This document shows positions 20,380-32,510 of a stretch of DNA of 64,000 bases, one piece after another. Made by a program: the position numbers and the translations under genes. The DNA lies in assembly GCF_045037415.1 (NCBI RefSeq), contig NZ_CP173439.1. One strand, written 5' to 3'. Source of the DNA: Escherichia coli. Lineage in GTDB: Bacteria > Pseudomonadota > Gammaproteobacteria > Enterobacterales > Enterobacteriaceae. Under the pieces are notes generated by a model. That model did no database searches and was not told the DNA's origin. It saw nothing but the letters and a program-made list of their open reading frames with translations. The stretch's first letter is position 1, and every line of letters starts with the position of its first letter.

Positions 20380-21120
20380 TCACCTCAGGGGAGGCAGTGT
20401 ACGCAGGATCTCCGCAGCATCCCGCCCGTCACCTGTGAAAGGCACTGCCAGCGTGGCAGCCATATCCAGCGCAAAAACTCTGGTATAAACCTCCATCGAA
20501 CGTGGATCCCTGTGACCAGCCAGTGCCTGGATGACTTTCCGGGGCTGGCGGTGATAGAGCATGTGCATGATATAGCTGTGCCGGAAGGTATGTGGTGTGA
20601 CCGGAATCGAAAAGTGAACCCCGTCTGCTTCGGCCCGTCTGACAGCCTGCTTCAGCCAGTTGCGCATGGTTTCGTCGGTCACGGCCCATAATAGTTCACG
20701 ACGCCGGGGCCGGGTGGTGATCATCCAGCTTTCCATCTGCCTGACATAGCTTATATCTGTCAGCGGAACTAGGCGGACTTCATCTTTTGGCGGGCGTCCG
20801 CGTCGCGCACGCACTTTTTCGGACAGGATCCGCACAAACGGTCTTACTCCATCCAGGTCAAATGATTCCGGCGTCAGCATCCGGGCTTCGCCAATACGCA
20901 TTCCGGTATTCCAGAGGGTGGCGAACAGCATATGGTGACGCTGATCCGGCATATAGAAAAGAAGGGCACTCACTTCCGGGGCCAGCAGGTAGGCCGGTGT
21001 GCCCCCCGTGGAAGTGGCCATTCTTCTCAGGGAGAGCGCTGTTGCAAAATCCACCCCCGGCGCAATGGGTAACAGGGAGACGCGTTCTGGTGAATTCTGC
21101 AGGGGAATGACATTGTTCAT
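20380..21120 (-). CDS. int: tyrosine site-specific recombinase (integrase family) next to RepFIB
   Basis: 246 aa; C-terminal catalytic region HTFRHSY...[14 protein letters not shown]; paralogous to ResD at 318..1124. Confidence 0.8.
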   Translation of the reverse strand: MNNVIPLQNSPERVSLLPIAPGVDFATALSLRRMATSTGGTPAYLLAPEVSALLFYMPDQRHHMLFATLWNTGMRIGEARMLTPESFDLDGVRPFVRILSEKVRARRGRPPKDEVRLVPLTDISYVRQMESWMITTRPRRRELLWAVTDETMRNWLKQAVRRAEADGVHFSIPVTPHTFRHSYIMHMLYHRQPRKVIQALAGHRDPRSMEVYTRVFALDMAATLAVPFTGDGRDAAEILRTLPPLR

Positions 21121-21790
21121 GAGTTATTTTTCACGTAGCACACGCACTGTTTATGGATACAGGTATTCTGACCTGAACGCCCGGATCCTTCCACGACAAT
21201 AAATCGCAGCGCGCGGATCCTTTTGTTTGATTATCACGCATTATTGCGGGTAAAACCAAATGCGTAAAGGCGCATTTTGCCGCAGGGATCCCGTCTTAAG
21301 CCAGTCATGGTGCGGGCTGAGAGCTGGTTTACCGTTTTTGGGAGAATTGGGGTAATGCCAGGAACAGGCAGATACGGAGAAAAATCCTGCAGATAACCTT
21401 CTACGACAACTGAAGGTGTCTGACGCCATATTCTTAGCTACTTCTCAGTTTTAAGGCGGCTTAGTCACAACATAAGGTTATGCATAATAAGCATATTTTA
21501 TTATGTTATGGTCTTGTTCATGCATGAACTGTTATCTATTCAGTCACTTTTAACGTTTTATATCATACTGCATATGACACAATCATCTTCTATATTCAGA
21601 TTAAAAATATTATGACGACGATCAAATAAATTTAGTGAAATCATTACTTACAATAATATGTTTATGACATAATTTATCAAAAATATCCGACAACCTTCCT
21701 GAAAGGTTACTGCGAGGAGTCAAACAATGAAGTGTAATAACTTATTCAGTCTTTTTTATGCTCTCTTTATAGCAAAACCAGGAAGTTAAA

Positions 21791-22960
21791 ATGAATCAGA
21801 AGTGGAAGACGCTAATAGTTTCAGTATTAACACCATCAAGTATTATATCAGGGATTGCGTTGATAGTTCTCTGGGGATATTTCAGTCGTCTGGATCGACT
21901 TGATATTTTCTTTGATGTGATGAATATTAAAAGCATCTTGGTATTGGTTTGTTGTACAACTATTCTATCATTGATTATGATCATTTTTATTTTTTTTATA
22001 ACATCTTTTTTTATACCAATAGTTATTCCTTATGATATAAAAAATCTTCCTGCTTACAATAAGATTCAGGGTAATTTTTTATCTGTAATGATGTTATCTG
22101 GCCTCTTCCCCATGGCCTTTATATACGTGTTATACTGTGCATTTGATTTTGACCAGAGTGTTAAAGATAACTCTGGCTGGTTATCTATTTTAAGTATAGG
22201 AGTACTAATAGTTGTTATTTCAGCCATAATAAACACGAGGTATCTTGAATATGACTTATCGTTTAAAAATAATAGAATGAAACTGTTGAGACGTGTTCAG
22301 ATCTATCTTGTCATTCCGTTGTCTATTGCTTTACTGGTGCATCTTCAGGTAATTCCACTGGAGATGGTTTTTAGGAATATTGAAACTTCAGATAAGAGTA
22401 TTAATTTCAAAGTGATAGCTGAACTGGCTTTCATGTCATATTTTATTTTTATTCTGACAATACTTCCCGGCCTCATTTATCTAAAAATGAATCCACAGCA
22501 TAAACTTTCTAAAAGAATTAGTTCTGCATTTGTCGCATCCTTGATGATATTATTAGTTATATCGACTCAAATAACCGTATTACCAGTAATTTTTACCCAT
22601 TCAGTTATTAAGCTCTCAGGTATAAGTGACTTCAAAATACATAGCTACATTATTAAAACAAGTGAATATCCGGAGGAGTTTTTTTCCAATGCAGTATGGG
22701 GTAAAAAAAATATAAAACCGGGGGAATATTACTCTGTGCAGGCTGTTTCTATGTTTACGACAAACCAGTTTATTCTCCTTTGTCCCAAGGATATTATAAG
22801 GTTTTATCGGGAAAGCTGGAAGTTCGACCTGCTTAATGTAGACTTCGATACAAATACCAGGAAGAAACTCCAGGAAGAAGCAGCATATTGCGTACCAATT
22901 TCTGCAATATCTGTAAAACGATGGGATATGCCTCTTCAGGGCTCGAAACCCTCAAATTAG
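21791..22960 (+). CDS. hypothetical polytopic membrane protein (AT-rich orphan)
   Basis: 389 aa with about eight hydrophobic helices and a ~90-aa hydrophilic C-terminal domain; flanked by long AT-rich non-coding DNA. Confidence 0.5.
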   Translation: MNQKWKTLIVSVLTPSSIISGIALIVLWGYFSRLDRLDIFFDVMNIKSILVLVCCTTILSLIMIIFIFFITSFFIPIVIPYDIKNLPAYNKIQGNFLSVMMLSGLFPMAFIYVLYCAFDFDQSVKDNSGWLSILSIGVLIVVISAIINTRYLEYDLSFKNNRMKLLRRVQIYLVIPLSIALLVHLQVIPLEMVFRNIETSDKSINFKVIAELAFMSYFIFILTILPGLIYLKMNPQHKLSKRISSAFVASLMILLVISTQITVLPVIFTHSVIKLSGISDFKIHSYIIKTSEYPEEFFSNAVWGKKNIKPGEYYSVQAVSMFTTNQFILLCPKDIIRFYRESWKFDLLNVDFDTNTRKKLQEEAAYCVPISAISVKRWDMPLQGSKPSN

Positions 22961-23038
22961 AAGGCCGCTCGTGCGACTGTATTAGATAGTAATGCGGTAT
23001 GGAAAAATAGTGATGGCAAGATGAACTTGACTTGGCTA

Positions 23039-23290
<252 letters not shown>

Positions 23291-23840
23291 TTATTTCCGA
23301 ACCTCGCCCTTGCCTGCGTAACCATCCGTCGCCCCCATCCTGTTTTCAGACTGCGGAAAAAGGCAAGTTTTTATCCCCCCACAGAGATTCAATCATATAT
23401 CGCGTGTTTTGGAAGTGACAGTTCTTATTCCTGAGAATACTGCATGTGCAACACACTCGGCATCCATCGATACCACTTTTATCTCCAATAGGCAGGATAA
23501 AAAACAAGACTGTGAATTAAAGTAATCGGCAAATGAATGAGTTAGAAGATACTGAAAATGAATCAAGGACTAACCCCATAGGGAATGAAAATAATAAAAG
23601 AACATCTTGTTTTTATTTTAATGAATGAGCATGTTCTTTTATATTAATAACAAAACCTATCATTAAACAAAATGATGAATGACAGAGTTTTCTTTAAAAT
23701 AGCTTATATTATCTTACAGTAGCTGACATAGTGCAATATAAATTATCAGCTATGCCATAACGGCTTAGCAGTGTCTAAGCGTAAGAATCAAGACTTCAGT
23801 TACAGTTTACTCACGGTAGAAATATTTAATGGATTTGCCC

Positions 23841-24746
23841 CTATATTTCCAGACACCTGTTATCACTTAACCCATCACTGGCCCACTGCCGCAGATATTC
23901 CCGTGGCGAGCGATAACCCAGCGCACTATGCGGATGCCATTCGTTATAATGCTCGAACGCCTCTGCAAGGTTCTTTGCTGCCGTTAACCCGTCTGGTTTG
24001 GGCATGATACTGATGTAGTCACGCTTTATCGTTTTCACGAAGCTCTCTGCTATTCCGTTACTCTCCGGACTCCGCACTGCCGTGTTCTTCGGTTCAAGTC
24101 CCAACATCCTGGCGAACTGACGTGTTTCATTCGCCCGGTAGCATGAACCATTATCCGTCAGCCACTCCACTGGAGACGCCGGAAGCTCGCTGCCAAAGCG
24201 GCGTTCCACTGCTCCCAGCATGACGTCCTGTACTGTTTCACTGTCGAAGCCACCCGTTGTGACCGCCCAGTGCAGTGCCTCACGGTCACAGCAGTCCAGC
24301 GCGAACGTGACCCGCAGTTTTTCTCCGTTATCACAGCGGAACTCAAACCCGTCAGAGCACCATCGCTGATTACTTTCTTTCACAGCCACTCTGCCGGTAT
24401 GTGCCCGTTTCGATGGCGGTACAGCGGGTTTTCGCTCAAGCAACAGCGCATTCTGGCGCATGATCCGGTAAACACGTTTGGCATTGATCGCAGGCATACC
24501 ATCAAGTTCTGTTTGTCTGCGAAGCAGCGCCCATACCCGACGATAACCATATGTGGGTAGCTCTCCGATAACATGGTGTATACGGCGAAGCACATCCGTA
24601 TCATCCGTGTGACGGCTGCGGCGGCCGTCCTTCCAGTCATCGGCTCGTCTGAGAATGACGTGCAACTGCGCACGCGACACCCGGAGACAACGGCTGACGA
24701 AGCTTACTCCCCATCCCCGGGCAATAAGGGCGCGTGCGCTATCCAC
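23841..24746 (-). CDS. insD: IS2 InsD (OrfB, DDE transposase)
   Basis: 301 aa matching IS2 InsD ([30 protein letters not shown]...). Confidence 0.9.
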
Positions 24747-25069
24747 TTTTTTGCTCGCCCATATTCAACGGCTTCTTTAAGGAGTTCATTTTCCATCGTT
24801 TTTTTGCCGAGCAGACGCTGGAGTTCTTTAATCTGCTTCATGGCGGCAGCAAGTTCAGAGGCAGGAACGACCTGTTCTCCGGCAGCCACAGCAGTAAGAC
24901 TTCCCTCCTGGTATTGCTTACGCCAGAGAAATAGCTGGCTGGCTGCCACACCATGTTGCCGGGCAACAAGGGAGACCGTCATTCCCGGTTCAAAGCTCTG
25001 CTGAACGATAGCGATCTTTTCCTGTGTAGTACGCCGTCTGCGTTTCTCCGGCCCTAAGACATCAATCAT
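24704..25069 (-). CDS. insC: IS2 InsC (OrfA)
   Basis: [41 protein letters not shown]... from the internal Met of ORF 24704..25114. Confidence 0.9.
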
Positions 25070-25350
25070 CTGTTCTCCAATGACTAGTCTAAAAACTAGT
25101 ATTAAGACTATCACTTAAATAAGTGATATTGGTTGTCTGGAGATTCAGGGGGCCAGTCTAAATTCCGTATTGCTGGTTCTTTATCGGTAGAAAAATCAAT
25201 ATCCATAGCATCGGTCGCAGGCGCTGATACATTGCAGAGCGACCGGGTATTAGAGTCGCTATTCACTGGTTATCACTGAACGCTGCGTGATCAGGGTTGC
25301 ATTAATAAAATGATATGTTATAACATACCAATATTAACATATATTTTCGC

Positions 25351-27321
25351 ATGTATATGAACGTAATCAGAAACGTCATTTGTACATTAATCATACTCCC
25401 GATAGGGTTACAGGCAGAGACCAGTCATTCTTCTATGGCTAAAGATACAATCACCGTTGTCGCGACAGGAAATCAGAACACGGTATTTGAAACGCCGTCA
25501 ATGGTCAGTGTCGTCACGAATGACACGCCATGGAGTCAGAATGCGGTCACATCAGCCGGCATGCTGAAAGGTGTTGCCGGTCTCAGCCAGACTGGTGCAG
25601 GACGGACCAATGGGCAGACCTTTAATCTACGCGGCTATGACAAAAGCGGGGTACTTGTTCTTGTTGACGGCATCCGTCAACTCAGTGACATGGCAAAAAG
25701 CAGTGGCACTTATCTGGATCCGGCACTCGTCAAACGTATCGAAGTTGTCCGCGGACCAAACTCCAGTCTGTACGGCAGTGGCGGGCTGGGAGGTGTTGTG
25801 GACTTCAGAACTGCCGATGCAGCAGATTTCCTTCCCCCCGGAGAGACAAACGGTTTAAGTCTGTGGGGAAATATCGCCAGTGGTGACCACAGCACAGGCT
25901 CGGGGCTCACCTGGTTCGGTAAAACCGGAAAAACAGATGCGCTCCTTTCTGTCATTATGCGTAAAAGAGGTAATATCTATCAAAGTGATGGTGAGCGCGC
26001 ACCTAACAAGGAAAAACCTGCAGCCCTGTTTGCGAAAGGCTCTGTCGGTATAACAGACAGTAACAAAGCAGGTGCCAGCTTGCGTCTCTACCGGAATAAC
26101 ACCACTGAACCGGGCAATCCCACTCAGACACATGGTGACAGCGGCCTGCGTGACAGAAAAACAGTACAAAATGACGTACAGTTCTGGTACCAGTACGCTC
26201 CTGTGGATAACAGCCTCATCAATGTAAAGTCAACTTTATATCTCAGTGATATCACTATCAAGACAAACGGTCACAACAAAACGGCAGAATGGAGAAACAA
26301 CAGAACCTCCGGTGTTAATGTTGTCAACAGGAGTCATACTCTGATTTTTCCGGGAGCCCATCAGTTAAGTTATGGCGCTGAATATTACCGTCAGCAGCAG
26401 AAGCCAGAAGGCTCTGCCACACTATATCCGGAAGGAAACATTGACTTTACATCGTTGTATTTCCAGGATGAAATGACAATGAAAAGCTACCCGGTTAACA
26501 TTATCGTCGGTTCCCGCTATGACCGGTACAAGAGCTTCAATCCCCGTGCCGGAGAACTGAAAGCCGAACGCCTGTCCCCAAGGGCGGCGATTTCAGTCTC
26601 ACCGACAGACTGGCTGATGATGTACGGCTCCATATCCTCTGCATTCCGTGCCCCCACAATGGCAGAAATGTACAGGGATGATGTACATTTTTACCGCAAG
26701 GGTAAACCCAATTACTGGGTACCTAACCTTAATCTGAAACCAGAAAATAACATTACCCGTGAGATTGGCGCAGGTATTCAACTGGACGGCCTGCTTACAG
26801 GCAATGATCGGCTGCAGTTGAAAGGCGGATATTTCGGAACGGATGCCAGAAACTATATTGCCACGCGCGTGGATATGAAACGGATGCGTTCTTATTCTTA
26901 TAATGTATCCCGGGCCCGTATCTGGGGATGGGATATGCAGGGAAATTACCAGTCTGATTATTTTGACTGGATGCTTTCTTATAACCGCACGGAAAGTATG
27001 GATGCCAGCAGCAGGGAATGGCTGGGCTCCGGCAATCCTGACACACTCATCAGTGACATCAGTATACCTGTTGGTCATGGAGGAGTTTCTGCCGGATGGC
27101 GTGCTGAACTTTCGGCAGCAGCCACGCATGTGAAAAAAGGCGATCCCCATCAGGCTGGCTATGCCGTACATTCCTTTTCACTGTCTTATAAGCCTGTAAG
27201 TGTTAAAGGCTTTGAGGCATCAGTGACTCTGGATAATGCCTTCAACAAGCTTGCCATGAATGGCAAAGGAGTGCCGCTTTCAGGCAGAACTGTCAGTCTT
27301 TATACCCGTTATCAGTGGTAA
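25351..27321 (+). CDS. TonB-dependent outer-membrane receptor, heme/hemoglobin (ChuA/ShuA-like) family
   Basis: 656 aa; signal peptide, plug-domain motifs, C-terminal ...RYQW; overall resemblance to ChuA. Confidence 0.8.
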   Translation: MYMNVIRNVICTLIILPIGLQAETSHSSMAKDTITVVATGNQNTVFETPSMVSVVTNDTPWSQNAVTSAGMLKGVAGLSQTGAGRTNGQTFNLRGYDKSGVLVLVDGIRQLSDMAKSSGTYLDPALVKRIEVVRGPNSSLYGSGGLGGVVDFRTADAADFLPPGETNGLSLWGNIASGDHSTGSGLTWFGKTGKTDALLSVIMRKRGNIYQSDGERAPNKEKPAALFAKGSVGITDSNKAGASLRLYRNNTTEPGNPTQTHGDSGLRDRKTVQNDVQFWYQYAPVDNSLINVKSTLYLSDITIKTNGHNKTAEWRNNRTSGVNVVNRSHTLIFPGAHQLSYGAEYYRQQQKPEGSATLYPEGNIDFTSLYFQDEMTMKSYPVNIIVGSRYDRYKSFNPRAGELKAERLSPRAAISVSPTDWLMMYGSISSAFRAPTMAEMYRDDVHFYRKGKPNYWVPNLNLKPENNITREIGAGIQLDGLLTGNDRLQLKGGYFGTDARNYIATRVDMKRMRSYSYNVSRARIWGWDMQGNYQSDYFDWMLSYNRTESMDASSREWLGSGNPDTLISDISIPVGHGGVSAGWRAELSAAATHVKKGDPHQAGYAVHSFSLSYKPVSVKGFEASVTLDNAFNKLAMNGKGVPLSGRTVSLYTRYQW

Positions 27322-27327
27322 CAAATC

Positions 27328-28119
27328 ATGATGAAAAATACAGGTTATATCTTAGCTCTTTGTCTGACAGCATCGGGGCATGTCCTGGCCCACGATGTCT
27401 GGATTACAGGTAAACAGGCAGAGAACAACATTACCGCAGAGATTGGTTATGGTCATAATTTCCCCTCAAAGGGCACAATTCCTGACAGAAGGAATTTCTT
27501 TGAAAATCCCCGGATTTATAACGGGAAAGAGACAATAACACTGAAGCCAGCGTCCACGGATTATGTCTATAAAACTGAGTCTGCAAGCAAAGATAATGGC
27601 TACGTTTTGTCAACATATATGAAACCGGGATACTGGTCGAGAACCTCTTCAGGATGGAAACCGGTCAGCCGGGAGGGCAGAAATGATGTGGCTTACTGTG
27701 AGTTTGTCACTAAATATGCGAAATCTTTTATTCCTGGTGAACAGCAGATGCCAGCACAACTCTATCAGTCTCCAACGGGGCATGAGCTTGAAATCATTCC
27801 GTTATCCGATATAAGTCGTTTCAGTGAAGATGTGAAGCTGAAAGTCCTGTATAAAACGTCCCCGCTCGCCGGAGCTATCATGGAGCTTGACTCGGTCAGT
27901 TATCTGAAATCATCCCGTCATACTCATGCAGTTGAGCACAAACATCCTGTTCATAAAGCAGAACTCACCTTTGTAACTAATGAGGATGGTATCGTCACAG
28001 TACCTTCTCTTCATATTGGACAGTGGCTGGCGAAAGTCCAAAATAAGAAAAGTTTTCAGGACAAAAGCCTGTGTGATGAAACTGTCGATGTGGCAACTTT
28101 AAGTTTCTCCCGAAATTAA
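27328..28119 (+). CDS. periplasmic protein co-encoded with the receptor (possibly DUF4198-like)
   Basis: 263 aa with signal peptide, start 6 bp after the receptor stop; family assignment from memory only. Confidence 0.45.
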   Translation: MMKNTGYILALCLTASGHVLAHDVWITGKQAENNITAEIGYGHNFPSKGTIPDRRNFFENPRIYNGKETITLKPASTDYVYKTESASKDNGYVLSTYMKPGYWSRTSSGWKPVSREGRNDVAYCEFVTKYAKSFIPGEQQMPAQLYQSPTGHELEIIPLSDISRFSEDVKLKVLYKTSPLAGAIMELDSVSYLKSSRHTHAVEHKHPVHKAELTFVTNEDGIVTVPSLHIGQWLAKVQNKKSFQDKSLCDETVDVATLSFSRN

Positions 28120-28142
28120 CAATACTATTCCCTGCCCTGAAA

Positions 28143-28847
28143 TTGTAAGCGTGCAGCAAGAACCGTATTGACGGGGATGTGTTATTCAGTCGGCAGTGCT
28201 ACGCGCCAGGGGAGCAGTTCGCCGACCCGGTTTATCGGCCAGTCGGCTATGACGTCAAGGACATAGCGGAGGTAGCTTTCTGGCTCCACTCCGTTCAGTT
28301 TGCACGTCCCGATCAGGCTGTACAGCAGCGCTCCCCGCTCTCCTCCATGATCCGAACCGAAGAACAGGTAGTTTTTGCGGCCCAGACTGACCATCCGCAA
28401 CGCATTTTCAGCGATGTTATTGTCCGCCTCAGCCCAGCCATCATCTGCATAGTACGTCAGCGCCGGCCACTGGTTCAGGGCGTATGCGAACGCTTTCGCC
28501 AGTTCTGAGTGTCGCGACAGGGTTTTCATCTTTTCACGCAGCCAGCTTTCCAGGGATTTCAGCAGCGGTTTCGTTTTCAACTGACGTTCGGCAAGGCGCT
28601 GCTCCGCCGTCATTCCCCTTATCTCTGCCTCGATGGCGTACAGTTCGCCGATCCGTTTCAGCGCTTCCTCCGTCAGGGTTGACGGGGTGCGAACGTGCAC
28701 ATCGTGGATTTTACGGCGGGCGTGAGCCCAACAGGCGGCTTCCGTTATCCGGTCATCCCGGTACAGCTCGTTGAACCCGGCGTATGCATCCGCCTGCAGT
28801 ACACCACTGAACCCCGCAAGATGGGTCTGCGGATGGATGCCTTTTCT
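28143..28847 (-). mobile_element. IS66-family element fragment, truncated by IS21-like copy 2
   Basis: Terminal GTAAGCGTGCAGCAAGAACCG characteristic of IS66-family IRs; adjacent ORF is the C-terminal part of an IS66-type transposase. Confidence 0.6.
28182..28847 (-). pseudogene. IS66-family transposase, 5'-truncated
   Basis: ...[56 protein letters not shown] is a conserved IS66 TnpC C-terminus; reading frame enters the IS21 end. Confidence 0.65.
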
Positions 28848-28908
28848 GTGTCAACGCCACGATGTTTGACCGTTATTTGCCATTTTCATGCCCGCTAAGA
28901 TACTTTCG

Positions 28909-30878
<1,970 letters not shown>

Positions 30879-32000
30879 GTTGATGTCCTTTCTGGTGTGA
30901 GAACCTTAAGGAAACAACATGTTGGGTGGAGCGGACAATCCAAATGGTGAATTACCGTCTTATATCACTGGCGCTGACAAACAGGGATATTGCGACAATT
31001 CACAGCAATATCGTGCAGGAATACAACACCCTTAAAGGGTATAGCTGGAAATGGCTGGGTGGGGTGTCAGTGGCTTTTCTGGTTATGTTCTGTGTGCTCG
31101 GATGGGGAATGAAAACAATACTCGACAGGAACTACAACGCCACAGCGGCGGTGTATCAGAAAGTTGTGACACTGGAAGATAAACTGGTGGAGAAACCTGT
31201 CACGGGGAAGAGCCGGAAAAACTGACGCGCTTCGCTTGTCCAACGCCTCACGACCCGCGAAAGAATTTCGCGAACCGTTCACTGTTTTTTTCAATATGAT
31301 TCTGTCTGCTTTGGTCGATAAAGCAGACGATAGTATTCCAGCCTTCGTATATATAACGGTACGTGCTCATCAGTAAGAGCTGGCGGTATTGTGTTATCAG
31401 GGGGAAGTTTTTTCAGATACTCACGAAATGCCTGGCTTGATGCCATAAAATCTACAGCTGCATCGATAATATGTGGGATATTTTCATCTAATTTTGTCAT
31501 GATGATTGATCTGATATTATCACGGTTCGTGAATTATAGTATGTCACTATTATTTATGCTTTAGTGAACCAGAAAAAATCCCCCGTTGGTATAGGGGGAT
31601 ATGTAAGGAGAAATAACTTCGCAGGTGTTCTTGTTTGTATTATAACGTGAAAAGAATGCACGCAACTTAATTAATCTGCCGTACTTCCTTTCAGTTTTCA
31701 AGATAAGGTTTATAATAAAACATGGAATGGAAGCAAGCTTTAAGGTTTCAGCTCTAAAATTTTTAATATCTATTAACTAGCTAGTTGTTGTCCTTGTGAG
31801 CATGTTGTATATAAAAGCTAGGATAATATCCTGACCGGAGTATTCATATTCCTTATCCCCTCTGTGTTCTCAGAGGTTTTTTTCTGTATTTAATGATATG
31901 AGCTGGAATGCGATTCCGGCCCCCCCCGTTTACATAATTCTCCCTGACATACGGCACCGGAATCGCATTGATTTTGCATTGCTAATGTCTAACTGTGCTG

Positions 32001-32038
32001 GTGAATGTTGGGGGCAGTTTGGATATCGAAAATTATTG
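32001..32038. repeat. 38-bp Tn3-family-like terminal repeat copy (GGGGCAGTTTGGATATCGAAAATTATTGTACGTTAAGG)
   Basis: Starts GGGG, ends ...GTTAAG like Tn3-family IRs; related copies at 42145 and 56465. Confidence 0.45.
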
Positions 32039-32042
32039 TACG

Positions 32043-32389
32043 TTAAGGTTGTTTTTTGACCTTGTCGGGGTCCGCCTGCGGGCAGTAGAGATCATATAAG
32101 GTATTCAATAACGTCATGATGCGGTTATCCCCGATACGGTAATATACCATTTTACCTGCCCGTCGGGTTCGACCAGCTTCAGGCGACGCATGACACCCAA
32201 CTGCTGAGACAGGGTCGGCTGAGTGATACCGACCGCCGCTTCCAGCTCGGTCACATTCGCTTCCCCCTGGCTTAACTGACACATCAACAATAGCCGGTCG
32301 CTGTTGGCCAGTCCCCGTAGGACATCTGCTGCCCCCAGGGCTGCATTTTTCATATCAGTCTGACGTTTTGTGTCTTCATTCATGGGCAT
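32043..32389 (-). pseudogene. ArsR/SmtB-family regulator (BigR/YgaV-like), apparent frameshift
   Basis: HTH region (NVTELEAAVGITQPTLSQQLGVMRRLKLVE) in one frame and the expected wing (GKMVYYRIGDNRI...LYDLYCP) in an overlapping frame; break near a G-run around 32160..32200. Confidence 0.55.
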
Positions 32390-32510
32390 TGCTGGTTTCT
32401 TATATTATGTATTTTTATATAATATTGTTCAGTATAATGATAGTGGCGTAATTTTGCCACCGTGATCTTCAGGTCTGCAGCGTCCAGCTGGACCGGGTAA
32501 CTAATTATAT

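Larger units (their letters stand above)
23830..25160 (-). mobile_element. IS2 (IS3 family), complete, 1331 bp
   Basis: Ends TGGATTTGCCCCTATATTTCCAGACA... and ...GGGGGCCAGTCTA; insC and insD intact; flanks are not a direct repeat. Confidence 0.9.

Noticed and set aside
30926-31225. 99-aa ORF starting inside the right terminal repeat of IS21 copy 2
   Set aside because: The N-terminus is encoded by IS sequence, so it is a read-through artefact; any genuine gene would be a disrupted remnant of unknown family
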